A stretch of 64,000 nucleotides of DNA, taken from contig JAMWBK010000010.1 in assembly GCA_029953675.1 (NCBI GenBank), positions 1,116,001 to 1,180,000 of the forward strand, written 5' to 3'. Source of the DNA: Rhodosorus marinus CCMP1338 (Eukaryota; Plantae; Rhodophyta). Both the position numbers and the translations under genes were made by a program. The notes under the pieces were generated by a model. That model did not search any database and had not been told where the DNA came from. It was given only the letters and a program-made list of their open reading frames with translations. Below are positions 46,654 through 58,772 of this stretch, in pieces; the stretch's first letter is position 1, and every line of letters starts with the position of its first letter.

Positions 46654-49600
46654 ATGGACGTCGAACAGGGAGGGGTGGATCTTAGGTTTGGGGTGGGAAA
46701 GAACGAACTTGTGGAATTGATTGAGGAGAGGGACCATACGAAGCTGGAAGAGTATGGAGGTGTGCAAGGACTATGCAAGAAGCTGGAGATTGACCCCGAC
46801 TCGGGAATCAGCGGGGACGAGCTGCATGGCAAAGGTTTGGGGGCGCGGAAGGAGGCGTTTGGGTCAAACGAATTTAAATACCCACCTCCGAAGAGCTTCT
46901 TTAAGCTTTGTTATATTGCGTTTCAGGATCTGACAATCCTGATTCTGAGCGCGGCGGCGATACTGTCGCTCGCGATCAACCTTGCCGTGGAAGAGAATCG
47001 AAATGAGTACGGTTACCTTGAGGGCATTGCCATAATTATTGTCGTTATTGTTGTGGTTCTCGTCCAGGCGTCGATCGACTTTAGTAAGGAAAGGAAGTTC
47101 CGACAGCTGAATAGCGTCAAGGACAATTACGAGGTTCAGGCTATACGGGAAGGTACTACCACACCCATCCCCGTGGCTGAGATTGTTGTTGGAGATGTTG
47201 TCAAGCTGTCCGCAGGAGACAAGGTGCCTGCGGATGCGATTCTGATCCACGGTTCTCGGTTGAAGACGAACGAGTCTGCAATGACCGGAGAACCAATTGA
47301 TATTGACAAGGATGAGAAGCGAGACTGCTTCATGCTTTCGGGGACATCGGTGTCAGAAGGAACTGGAACTGCGGTTATTATTGCAGTTGGAGAATCGAGC
47401 CAATGGGGAGTCATTCTTGCAGGGCTCATTGTCGAGCCTGAGGACACCCCGTTGCAGAACAGACTGGATCGACTGGCGATGACCATCGGAAAGATTGGCC
47501 TGCTCATGGCAACTCTGACGTTCTTCATACTACTCATTCGCTGGATTGTAGACTCTGCGCGATCGGGACATTGGGATGGTCTCCTAGTTTTGGAGTATTT
47601 CATCGATGCTGTAACGATCGTTGTCGTTGCTGTTCCGGAAGGACTTCCGCTCGCAATCACACTTGGTTTGGCCTTCGCGATGAGGAAGATGATGACCGAC
47701 CAGAATCTCGTCCGTCGACTTGAGGCCTGCGAAACGATGGGAAGTGCTACTCAGCTGAACGCTGACAAGACCGGAACGTTGACCCAGAACAGGATGACCG
47801 TTGTCGAAGCTTTGTACGCCGGGCAGACCATATCGTACGTCGATGACCAAGAGTCAGAGATGGAAGCTGGTGTGATAAGCAGCGGAGCTATGGAACTGTC
47901 CGAGGAGTTTAAAAAGATAGCGGGTGTTAATATGGCAGTCAATACACAGGCGAACTTGCTAGTCGGAGAAAACGGCCTTGTAGAGCATTTGGGAAGCAAG
48001 ACGGAATGTGCTCTTCTGCAACACATGGAGGTGTGGGGATATGACTACAAAGCTCTTAGGGATGCAAATCCCAACGCGAGAATTTATCTCTTCGACAGCA
48101 CGAAGAAGAGGATGAGCACTACTCAGGAGATCGCCCCTGGAAAGTTCAGAGTGCACTGCAAAGGTGCGCCGGAGATCGTCATAAACATTTGCAGCTCGCA
48201 GCTGAACGCCCAAGGCGTGGCAGTGCCCTTGACCGAAGAAGGACGCCAGGAGACTACTCGCAAGGTCAATGAAATGGCCTCCAGGGGCCTCAGGACTCTT
48301 CTCCTGTGCATGGTTGATGTGGACCACGCCGGCGATGACGAAATGTTTTGGGCTGAAGCTCCGGAGCGAGACATGACTCTGATAGGAGTGGTTGGTATTA
48401 AAGATCCTGTGAGGCCGGAGACGAAGGAGGCTGTGAGACTGCTTCGAGGAGCTGGTGTTACAGTTAGAATGGTCACCGGTGATAATCCACTTACGGCGAA
48501 GTTCATTGCCAAAGAAGCTGGGATTTTGGAGAATGACGATGAAGGGCTCGTCATGGAAGGAAAGGAATTCCGGAAGATGTCGGAAACAGCCAGACAGAAG
48601 ATTGCTTTAGATCTTCGCGTGCTTGCGCGCTCCACCCCGAATGACAAGCTTATATTGGTGCAGACGCACAAAGCCATGGGAGAGGTGGTGTCGGTGACTG
48701 GAGACGGAACTAACGACGCACCGGCTTTGAAAGAGGGCAACGTTGGGTTTGCGCTTGGAATGGCTGGCACGGAGATCGCGAAGGAGGCAAGCGATATTAT
48801 AATTATGGACGACAACATTTCTTCCATGGCGAAGGCTGTGCTTTGGGGGAGGAACGTTTACGATTCCATTAGGAAGTTCCTGCAGTTTCAGTTGGTCGTC
48901 AACATTGTTGCAGTTTTGCTTAACTTTATTTCCGCGTGTGCCGGAAAGCCGCTTCCCCTCGGCGCCGTGCCCTTGCTATGGGTGAACATGATCATGGATT
49001 CGATGGGAGCGCTTGCACTTGCGACTGAGCCACCGCGTATGGAGCTAATGGAGAGGAAACCTTTCGGAAGAACTGCGCCACTCATCAACCGTGCAATGTG
49101 GCGAAATATAGTCGGCATGTCCATTTATCAGCTGGTTGTCTCGTTGATCCTGCAATATGGAGGAGAAGCCATTTTTTACGGGGAGTGCCCAATTGAGGAT
49201 CCGAGCAACCCACAGCCGTCTCTCGACGCGTGTGAATTGCAGATCAGCTCTGTGATTTTCAATTCCTTCGTCTTCATGCAGGTCTTTAACGAGATCAACT
49301 CGAGGAGAATTGACAGTCCGCGTGTGTTCCAGGGCATCTTGAAGAGCTACTACTTCTTAGCGATTATCGCGATTACGATAGTCATCCAGATCTTGGTTAT
49401 GCTTCTCGTTGGAGGAACTGAGGTCGGAAATGCCATCAGGATTGGCGAAATTACTGGAGTTCAGTGGGCCGTGTCGGTTGTTGTGGGAGTGATAGCTCTG
49501 CCAGTTGGAATACTCCTGAGGTTGTGGCCACTTGAATGGTGCATTGGACCCATGGACGAGGACCCTACGGAGCAGAGCAAACTGGAGAAGTTCCTTCACT

Positions 49601-49950
49601 TGCCGAAGAGAAAGGCTCCAATTGAGGTCTTGGAGGACTTCGAGGATATGCCTGATGACGATACGGAGGCGATTGAGATGGAAGGCTACTCAAAGGTTTC
49701 CAAGCAAATTCTCCGTCTCCGCGTTTTCGTGCACGCGGTGGCCTTCATCAACGTTGTAAAGCGAGTGGCTGAACCTGGGGATGATCCCTTAATCACATAC
49801 GAGGCTGTGAAGGAGCAGGAAGATGCCCGTGGCCACACTGAGCGTGAGCACATGAGAATGCATTTCAGAGCTCGCGTACGCGCCATTCAGTTCATGAACC
49901 GACTGCGAGGCCAAAGCACGGACATCACGACGTCAAAAAGCTCACACTGA
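46654..49950 (+). CDS. P-type IIB (PMCA-like) Ca2+-transporting ATPase, intronless
   Basis: NESAMTGE, VVAVPEGLPLA, DKTGT, FDSTKKRM, KGAPE, DPVRPE, MVTGDN, TGDGTNDAPALK, KFLQFQLVVN and LWVNMIMD...LALATEPP. The first ATG is at 46654; the track's GTG extension from 46507 is probably UTR. Confidence 0.97.
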   Translation: MDVEQGGVDLRFGVGKNELVELIEERDHTKLEEYGGVQGLCKKLEIDPDSGISGDELHGKGLGARKEAFGSNEFKYPPPKSFFKLCYIAFQDLTILILSAAAILSLAINLAVEENRNEYGYLEGIAIIIVVIVVVLVQASIDFSKERKFRQLNSVKDNYEVQAIREGTTTPIPVAEIVVGDVVKLSAGDKVPADAILIHGSRLKTNESAMTGEPIDIDKDEKRDCFMLSGTSVSEGTGTAVIIAVGESSQWGVILAGLIVEPEDTPLQNRLDRLAMTIGKIGLLMATLTFFILLIRWIVDSARSGHWDGLLVLEYFIDAVTIVVVAVPEGLPLAITLGLAFAMRKMMTDQNLVRRLEACETMGSATQLNADKTGTLTQNRMTVVEALYAGQTISYVDDQESEMEAGVISSGAMELSEEFKKIAGVNMAVNTQANLLVGENGLVEHLGSKTECALLQHMEVWGYDYKALRDANPNARIYLFDSTKKRMSTTQEIAPGKFRVHCKGAPEIVINICSSQLNAQGVAVPLTEEGRQETTRKVNEMASRGLRTLLLCMVDVDHAGDDEMFWAEAPERDMTLIGVVGIKDPVRPETKEAVRLLRGAGVTVRMVTGDNPLTAKFIAKEAGILENDDEGLVMEGKEFRKMSETARQKIALDLRVLARSTPNDKLILVQTHKAMGEVVSVTGDGTNDAPALKEGNVGFALGMAGTEIAKEASDIIIMDDNISSMAKAVLWGRNVYDSIRKFLQFQLVVNIVAVLLNFISACAGKPLPLGAVPLLWVNMIMDSMGALALATEPPRMELMERKPFGRTAPLINRAMWRNIVGMSIYQLVVSLILQYGGEAIFYGECPIEDPSNPQPSLDACELQISSVIFNSFVFMQVFNEINSRRIDSPRVFQGILKSYYFLAIIAITIVIQILVMLLVGGTEVGNAIRIGEITGVQWAVSVVVGVIALPVGILLRLWPLEWCIGPMDEDPTEQSKLEKFLHLPKRKAPIEVLEDFEDMPDDDTEAIEMEGYSKVSKQILRLRVFVHAVAFINVVKRVAEPGDDPLITYEAVKEQEDARGHTEREHMRMHFRARVRAIQFMNRLRGQSTDITTSKSSH

Positions 49951-51220
49951 TTTCGTTTGTTTCCTAGGCCGTGGCCTAAACTAACTGTATTGTTTTTTTA
50001 ACCGAGGAGTGCTTGTAGGTGTTATCGTTTTAACGAAATTGAATAAATCTTAAAGATCATCATAGGGAATACTAGCCACTTGCGCAAGACCCAAGTCGGA
50101 CCCTCTCCTCGACGCACCAATAAGAGCGCACACTATCCTAGCGCAATGCTCTCTCTGTTCCCAGTTAACCCAGCTCCAACATACGCTGAATTTTCATAAC
50201 CGTGGATTCAACTTCAGGGTGGGGTTTCGGGATGTCGGACCTGCAAATTTACTTAATAATTAGCGGGTTTCGCTTCTGGCATGCTCCGATACAAGCTTTT
50301 CGGACCTGAATAAAAAAGAAACATGCTTCGTCCGATAACTCGTCTGATAACGACCGATTGGCGTCCGCTATTTTTCAATCAACGACGGACATTGATTGAG
50401 CTTGAATCCGATGATACTGTTGGATGCGATGGGAATGTAAAAACACGCGCGCGGGAGGTCCAGTTTTTCTAGATCACGGTCTAGTCGAGCCTTGCGAAAG
50501 AACTTCGGCTGTTGGACTACTACAGTTCACCTCTCGGGGGAGGTGGTAACGTTTTATGTCCGCTGCCCGCAATGGTGACGATTCTTCCGTTGATCTTCGA
50601 GTGCTTTGGTCCTTTAGACAGTGTTGCTTCTCCCTGGCTTCGTCGTGACTTTCACAATACCCTCCCCGTCAGACTCCCCCCGGCCGTCTTGACAACTTCC
50701 TCACGGAGATGTCTGTGACTCTCTGGCGTTCGAACCCCCTTGCCTTTGTTGTTGCACGCCCATCATCGGCCACAACTCCCTTTCCGCTTCTGAATGTTGA
50801 TTGGCCCTGATTAAATTGATTGAATGTTTGAAACGGGCCAAAGAACGGCCTAATTGTTTTCATGAAAAAGGAACTCTGCTTTGTCCTATTACTGGCCAAT
50901 GCTACCGTAGTGGAAGACGTGGTTTTCGATTGAGATGCGTTTTGGAGGTCTTTCGAGGTTTTGGGGAGGGTGACTAAGGGGGTTAGATTTCGTTTTTTGA
51001 CGGTGAGGATTGGGAGACTTGTGTGGAAAGGTATATGTATAGTTGGTCTTTTGGGGAGGACACTGGAAATTTTTATTGTTAGAGTATGAAAGAGTGTGGC
51101 TGCAAACTATTCTCTGTTTTTTTTTGGAGTTTTTTTTTGTTTGTAGTTGTGTTTGTATGTGAAGGTTGAAGAAAGCCTTTGAGAGGGGCGTGGATTGGGT
51201 GATTGGGTGGATTTGGAATC

Positions 51221-52268
51221 ATGTTTCGGTATGGATCATTGATAAGGAGAGCGGGTTTGGGTTTGGGAAGGCAAGTTAGGTTTGATAGTAGTGTTTCTGT
51301 GTCGATAAATGGAAGAGTGTCAGAGGTCCCCAAGGGTTCCACGATTATCCAAGCGTGCGAGCTTGGTGGGGTAGAGGTACCTCGCTTTTGCTATCATGAG
51401 CGTCTCTCGATTGCAGGCAATTGCCGAATGTGCCTAGTGGAGGTGGCGAAAAGTCCCAAGCTCGTGGCTAGCTGCGCAATGCCGGTTATGGACGGGATGG
51501 AGATTATGACGGATACCCCAAAAGTTAAGAAAGCGCGTGAGGGAGTTCTTGAGTTTCTGCTAGTGAATCACCCTCTGGATTGTCCAATTTGTGATCAAGG
51601 TGGTGAATGTGATCTGCAGGTAAGAGCATACGAGCCCCTGCGAGCTCATTTCCGTTCGGGTTTGCTTCTCGCGTCGGTTCTGAAGTTGAAATGTTCGTTT
51701 GCATTCGCACCAACAACAAAATCATGTGCAGGATCAAGCAATGGTCTTCGGATCTGACCGCGGTCGTTTTTACGAGTACAAGCGATCAGTTGAAGATAAA
51801 TATTGTGGCCCGTTGATCAAGACGATTATGACGCGGTGCATTCATTGTACAAGATGCGTGCGATTCGCAACTGAGATTGCTGGAGTTGAAGACCTCGGGA
51901 CAACGGGCCGTGGCAGAGATACTGAGATTGGGACATACGTCGAGAAGGTATTGCAATTGTCTCAAAAGGCCTACTGCTGAGGATCCGTTCCCTCAAACCC
52001 GAGTGTGATTCCTTACTGGGTCAAATTCTTTCGCTCTTTCTCGCAGATTTTTGGCAGCGAGCTCAGCGGGAACGTCGTCGATCTTTGTCCGGTTGGTGCC
52101 ATAACGCAGAAGAGTTACTCATTTGCGGTGAAGAAGAACAACCAACCCAACGAATACAAGGACAGCGGTCTTTCTCGTAGAAATCAACCCGTCTTTCGTA
52201 GGGCAAGTGCATTCGAGGAGCTCGTTTCCTTCGATGTCAAACCCAAGCAAGCGGAACTTCGACATTAG
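51221..52268 (+). CDS. NDUFS1: NADH:ubiquinone oxidoreductase 75-kDa subunit, N-terminal Fe-S module only (Nad11a-like), 3 exons, about 278 aa
   Basis: Presequence, [40 protein letters not shown]|[14 protein letters not shown] and [11 protein letters not shown]. Exons are 51221-51619, 51732-51947 and 52047-52268, with a stop after a divergent tail. Confidence 0.9.
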
Positions 52269-52381
52269 TACTACTCACCAGACCCATTAGTTTATGGAAG
52301 AGAAAAATTTTATATTTGTACTGAAAACGCTCGTCTCAGACCATCTCAACTCTGGACTTGGCCTCCGGATTCCCTCATAAT

Positions 52382-52857
52382 CCTATTTGTTTCCACCTAC
52401 TGCTGAACACCAGGATCCCACATCTGCAGGGGATACCAATGGCTGACCGAGAGAAGCAGACCGAATCGGTTGTAGCGCAGGGGGCTCCATGACGATGTGT
52501 CGTTAAAAGACAGCTCCAAAGTTGGTTGGATGGCAAATCAGTTCGCCTCGTGCATCGCTCCGAAGCCACTTTCCGGCAGCTGACAATGTACGAGCATCCA
52601 ACGGTTTAGCTTTGGGCTCCCTATTTGTTTCCACCTACTGCTGAACACCAGGATCCCACATCTGCAGGGGATACCAATGGCTGACCGAGAGAAGCAGACC
52701 GAATCGGTTGTAGCGCAGGGGGCTCCATTACGATGTGTCGTTAAAAGACAGCTCCAAAGTTGGTTGGATGGCAAATCAGTTCGCCTCGTGCATCGCTCCG
52801 AAGCCACTTTCCGGCAGCTGACAATGTACGAGCATCCAACGGTTTAGCTTTGGGCTC
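52382..52857 (+). repeat. Head-to-tail tandem duplication, 238-bp unit, 2 copies
   Basis: 52382-52619 and 52620-52857 are identical apart from one visible G/T difference (CCATGACG vs CCATTACG). Confidence 0.95.
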
Positions 52858-53706
52858 AATGAGGTACAGAGATAGCTTCTCGGTCTCCGGTACAATAGTC
52901 CAGGCTCCAACGATCCTCAAAAGCTGAGGCTTCCAACTATACAGTGAACATTCTGATCCTCGAAGTATTCTATTTGTACACAGACGAGCCTAAAATAAGA
53001 AATATCCTTGAAATAATTTTACTATACTTTTTTTTATAAGACAGAGTCTTAAATTTAGACAATAGTCTCCAAACGTAGGACTGCTGAGAGATGGTCAGGC
53101 CGGGCTGCCGTTGAGCGCAAAGGTTAATTCTTTGATGATCTGTCCAGCCCTGTACTTCTCTGCAACTCTGCCCGTGTTGACCGAACAGCTCCACTTGCTT
53201 GTTCTCTTCCTTGGCAGGACCTTGGGTCAAGTTCCACTGGGATTACGACGATTTGTCACTTGCTGAGAACGAGGATGATGATCGAGCGTCAAGCTCCATG
53301 AGTTCCTATCGACCAATCATACACAAATTCAATCCCTGAATAGTTCTGACATCAACCAAACGAACGACTTTAGCTGGTCATAGTCTGCTGGCGAAGAGAG
53401 GATCGTTCAGCTTCCCTTGTTGCTGAGCCTTTAGGCTCCTGGCGTTCTTATCAATCAGCACAACAGTTGCAGTTTCTGAAGAGTTCTCAGATCGATCAAA
53501 TGAACGACTTTAAGGAATGACAAATCCCTTCCATCATCCTTGAAACAAAACAAGAAAATTGTTTGCGGGGCTGTCCTCCACGAAAGCATCCGTCAATCTT
53601 AACAGGATCATGCTCGTCCCCGAAGAAGGTGGGCCACCTCGAGCATCGATAGCTTTCGGCTTGTGACTCTTCTTGAATCATGACTGGAAACAAAGACAAC
53701 TTAAAG

Positions 53707-54302
53707 ATGTCAACTCAGAACGAGAAAATAGTTGAGGTTCTGGATTTGGTAGACGAGATTGTCCAGTTGAAGCAGGCTTTGTCTACATCAATGTCGAGGG
53801 GATTTATGGACATCGCTGAGGAGCGGTACTATAAGAGATCCGCGTTACTTGGTGAGCAATTTGTGCTGATTTCTGAGCATTCGTTCTCCAGCGAACAACT
53901 TCCAGTGCGTACTGAAGCTCTTTAACAATTTTTTTTTTGTTTTGCGTTCATTCAACACAAGAGCTGAGCAAGTTCATGTACGATGAGAGACCTGAACAAG
54001 CACGGGTTGTAGTTACTGACAAGTTGGAACTAGAATACGATGATGACGATGCCGACAGCAGTGCGAATGTTCAAGATCGAATTAGCTCACCAGTTGGTGT
54101 GCTAGTTTCTCCTTCTCTTCGAGATGCTGGTATTGCTTTCAGGAACTCGCTCGAGATTAGCCTTGAAGTAAGTACCGAGCCGAAACGAAAGTTGTTCTTC
54201 AACGAAAGATTCTAAACGCGCCGATAAATTCTCCAGCTGGTGAAGAAGGACCGAGAGCTGACGATGAAGATAGAAAAATACAAACTGAACCGGAGCTCGT
54301 GA
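53707..54302 (+). CDS. VMA22: V-ATPase assembly factor Vma22/CCDC115-like, 3 exons
   Basis: VLDLVDEIVQLKQALSTSMSRGFMDIAEERY and GVLVSPSLRDAGIAFRNSLEI match the family's two conserved blocks. Confidence 0.8.
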
Positions 54303-55560
54303 AGAGGGAAGGATATTCTGCGCAGGCCTGTTCCGCAAGATTGTTCTAAAACTGGTCTGTAGCACAGCCCTAAAGCGTCTGCCTTGGAAACGAGCTTCAT
54401 TGAAGGAAGGAGAATGAGCGAAGCGACCTGACGAGGAAGAAACATGTGTATAGAACTAGATACAATACCTGCGAATACTTTTGACTTACAAAAGCAGAGC
54501 AGAACTCTTGTTGCCCAAAAGAAGGCAGAACGAGACTGGATTTGTTGATACTTTTGGTGTGTCTCTGGTGGTCGTGCTCCTTATCAACCCACTTCAGAGT
54601 GGGGGTTACTGAGGAAGAGAGTTCGAGCACTCATCTGTGTAAAAACGTACTCATCTGAGAAGCTAGTTCTTTCAAACTCCAGCGCGACTACCCTCAGAAG
54701 ACAGTTCGGTTTTTAGAAATGGGTTCAATTCACCGTGTTCTACCGCTCTTTGAGAGAAGACTTTTAAGATCAGATTAGATTCAAGAGAACTGTGAACTCA
54801 TGGACCAACTTTGGTGGATCAGCCCTTAGAGAAGTAGATTTTCAGTACGCCAGCTACCCTGTTCTCCTCCCAGAAGACTTCACAATCTACCGACAAGGTG
54901 GCGGTACTCATCAGGACGTGCTTCAGAGAAGTGAAAAGCTTTTCAAAGTCGAGATGTCGTTGTCAGGTAATGATCGTCAAGCCGAAATCAGCCAGAAGGG
55001 AGAACTCCAAGGCCTTTGATCAGTGATCTTGTAGCTTCATCATTTTCTAATACCTTCTGATGGTACTCATGCCGGATTTTGAGAGAACTAGCCTCTCCGA
55101 CGTTATCGACAAATGCTGGGATCTCTTTCCTCTCCACGCTCTTACTCAAGTGGGTTGGAAAGGAAGAGGCAACTATATGATGATGATGATATGAGAAAGA
55201 GATGTAGAGGTAAGAGCGGTAGGTAGTGAAGCTGCTTGACGGAACTCTCTTACCCTAAGTCCAGCTAGAAAATGAAAAGAGGGAAAAACACCCCTTTGCT
55301 CTTTTGTCTTTTTGCTTCCTCATTGATGGGGAATGATGATGAGGACAGCGCGAGAAGAGAGTCTGATAAAGGTGGTGTGGGAAGTGAACTGGACTGTTTT
55401 ATCTTATCTGGTTTTAGGATTTGAAGGACTTGTTTCTAAGGTAAATAGAAAGCAAGGACAAGGTGTTGGTCGTTGTTGAAGAGGAGGATGGTGATGGAAA
55501 CATAGGAGTGGGAATGCTCCGGTTTTGGTAGCGTTTAGTCTTCCTTTTTAGTGTGAAAGT

Positions 55561-56872
55561 ATGAATGGTGGAGGTGGTACTAGGGGAGGCAGTGTTGGCA
55601 GTGGTGGAGGTGGTAGTGGTGGGAATGCAAGCTTAAGAGGACGTGATGAAGCGAGTATGTATGCTCAGTTGCAAGGGCAAGGAGGTTTTGTGAATGCTGG
55701 AGGTGGAGGTGGGGGCGCGAAGGTTGTGGGGAATGCTAGAGGAGGAGGAGCGGGGGGTGTAGAGAAGGGGCTTGGGAATATCGGGTTTGATATGGGAAGT
55801 GCTGGAGGTGATCCAGCTGCTGGTGGTGGTTTTGGGAATATCACAGGTGGGGGAAGACAACCTCAGGAATATTCCAACAGGGGGAAGCCAGCAGCTGCCG
55901 AGTTCTTGAAGAAGAATGCGCAGTCTGCCTCTACGGCTGGACGGGGAGACGACTACGTTGCCAGACACCCAATTGTCTCAATGATGGGGGTGGATGAATG
56001 CGTTCAACGTATTGTAAGGTTCAATGAGGTATGGATGGGCAGGCCCACATAGACTCCCATGCGAGTTGGGTCTTGACAGTTCTGTGTCCCCCTGTGCGCG
56101 TGAATCAGGATCAAAGGAAAAGGAAAAGTTGGAACAACGATCTCGAGCAGTTTTGGAGACCGTTCGTTAAGAAGTATTTTGCAGATGACTCAAAGATGCT
56201 CCTGGATGTTGCGAACAAGAAGACGAAATCTTCACACTCCATTGAGCTCCGAGCTGAGATACTGGCGAGGGTCTTCAAAGCAAAATATGATGCGGGAGTC
56301 GAGGAGGAAAAGTGCGCGCGGCTCAAAAAGTGTTTCCCGCAGTTTCCAGTGTTCTTAGCGGACATCTGACATCATTCCCGCTTCCCTCTGCGCTCTTTCC
56401 GAAAGGTTACTGTTGGAAAATCCCTGCGAGTTCCTACTGTACAGCGGCAACATTGTGTTGGACTGCCCAAGGACCATCATAATGACGATATTTCCGGATT
56501 CTCATGTTCAGACCGAAGGGCATCTGCGAGTCACTTTCTCCCAGACTAAGCAGATCTTATGCTGGGAGTTCAGCACAAGGAGGCATGAAGAATACATCAA
56601 ACTCGATCTCCCTAAGCAACCTCAGCCTGCCGCAGACGATCTAGGGTTTCCCCCTGCTTTTTCGAGTTATATCAAGGTAGGTGTGGGTTCAAGCTCCGCT
56701 GCGGGGGGCCTTTCTCTGCAGCATTTGGAGCTGATTTCCTTGCTCGGGTGTTTTCAAACAGATGGCAGAGGCAATCAGCAGGCTGCGAAAGAATATCATC
56801 AGCGCTACTGACGAGCTTGCAAGCCAAAAAAGTGGTCGATTAAACAACCAAAACCAAGGCCGTCGATCTTGA
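55561..56872 (+). CDS. LIM-domain-binding/SEUSS-like transcriptional co-regulator with Gly-rich N-terminus, multi-exon
   Basis: FWRPFVKKYF..., ILARVFKAKYDAGVEEE and SGNIVLDCPRTI...EGHLRVTF...ILCWEFSTRRHEEYI match the LDB dimerisation domain. Confidence 0.88.
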
Positions 56873-57339
56873 GAACTGGCTCGCATCACAAGATGTTCTT
56901 AACACGCCAAGCGCATGCGTGGAAGGGAAGTGCGTGTACCCGCGCTACAGCTCTCTGACCTCCGGCCACAAGCACTCACTACAACTGTGCGAAGACCTTT
57001 GAACTTATTTGGGGAAGCCGCAGTTATTCCCCTCCCGCTACTGGCGGTATTCACATGCGTTCACAGAAGTCTCTTACTCGATCTTCTCCGTTTGTAGATA
57101 GGCGAATCAACACTAGCTGAATATATGGAAACAATATAATTATTTTAAGCCAAAACAAGAAAACTTATCCAGCACCTCAAGAGATCGTCATCTCCTCTGC
57201 TCCCTACGGTATGCCAGCTCGTTCACAATCGAAGCGTCATACAGATGGTCTCCATCGATCTGTAGCTCGTACGTACAACTGCTTGTGACTTAGACGACAC
57301 CTCTACATAGCCTATTGCGCCATGCCCGCAAAAGGACGT

Positions 57340-58772
57340 CTAAACCTTCGCAAAAACTGCACCTTTCTGGAGTTTGCTCAGTGCATACTTTGTACTACGA
57401 ACGACGCCCGCTGTTAAGACACCCTTCAGCATTTGAGCTGTGCTTGATTGCCTCACCGTCTGGCAGAGAGCTCCCGTGAGCGCTTTTTGACAGTATTCAT
57501 TTCCCTTTGCCGCGACTGCCCGCGCGACAAGCCTTTTCATCACGGTGGTCGACCCTACTCGACGACGGAACAGAGGGTCTTGTTAGTGCTGTCCGTGATG
57601 GGGCAGTTCGGGTTCTCCTGTGGGGGTTGGTATGTACTTACTAAGCAGCCTACGCGAGCGGGTCATATGCTGGAGTTCTTCCTCCGCTAGAACAGCGCGC
57701 ATCTTATGTACGAACTTGCTGGGTAGTCTTTTGAGCAATGCCTCCCGAGCATCAGTCTGCATATCTTGGGTAGCACCTGACCCGCTGCTATCCCAGTAGA
57801 CCACAGTTTTCAGCCTCCGCAAAGCTGGCGCGTAGAGGCGACGGAAAGCTTCTCTATTGCTGGAGACGATCTTGCAAACTTTGTTTGGATCTTCCGCCCT
57901 CACGGACAGTCGTGGATCTCCAAGATACGACAGAGAAGCGACTCTCTAGACCGAATTTCACAATCCCCCCAAAAAGTCCGCCAGTCAGCAAGAGCTGGAT
58001 AGTTTTCCAGACGCCTGCAATGGAAAACTGAAAAGGGCATCGTTCCTTCCCTTACCTCATAAAACTTCGTCTCGTCGAAACGTTCTGGCAATGTCAAGAG
58101 CGCTGCGCAGGCTGCGTTTTCAATGTTTCTTTCATTTGCTGTTTCAATATCCTGCAAAAAAAGAGCGGGAATAACGGCCGCATTGAACAGAAATATGAGC
58201 AAATCTCTCTCCCTCTTATTCCAGGCATTGTACGAACCACCTCAGTCCCTACCTTGTCAGCTTTAATAATCTTTATGGGCTTGTGCATTCTGCCAGACAC
58301 ATACAATGTCTGCCACTCTTTCAAATCCTCCATAAGATCCGAAAAGGTGATAACCCCGTATTTAAATAGTCTTCCATTCTTCCATGGAACTAACGTGTTG
58401 TAATAAACTCTCGCGCCGAGAGCACTTTGCTGCACAGATGCAACCGCATGCGGTCCGAAAAACCTCATCAAGTTCGAATAATGGTAATTGTTTCCACGGA
58501 CGTACATATTTTCCCGGTGCCATTGCTCAGCTCCATCCACAGCAACAACGAAATCTAGCATTCTATTGCGAGAGATAACTCCTGACCACAGCGTACGAGT
58601 GGGCAGGAAAACAAAGAGAAAATCAGCTTAGTCTCGAAGAGTTAGGCAACCACGCTTCTGCTTGCCTACCATTCTGTGGTATCGCTCCGGAACCATATGC
58701 GAAAGAAAACCGGGCAGCAGGCAGCGATGCTAACACCTCTCTCAACAGCGAAGTATCGGTGTTGTCATTCAT
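57340..58772 (-). CDS. TAM41: Mitochondrial phosphatidate cytidylyltransferase, multi-exon
   Basis: FAYGSG, MLDFVVAV, GARVYYN, FKYGVI, LYVSGRMHKP, NIENAACAALLTLP and EDPNKVCKIV. Confidence 0.93.

Noticed and set aside
47136-48827. Long antisense ORFs (174 and 234 aa) opposite PMCA, and similar ones opposite ClpB, PGK, bL19 and FANCD2
   Set aside because: These are shadow ORFs from codon bias with no recognisable motifs.
50669-50899. Minus-strand ORF with a transit-peptide-like composition and a GTGAGG donor
   Set aside because: The downstream exons could not be linked to any family, and it may be the antisense of the NDUFS1 leader.
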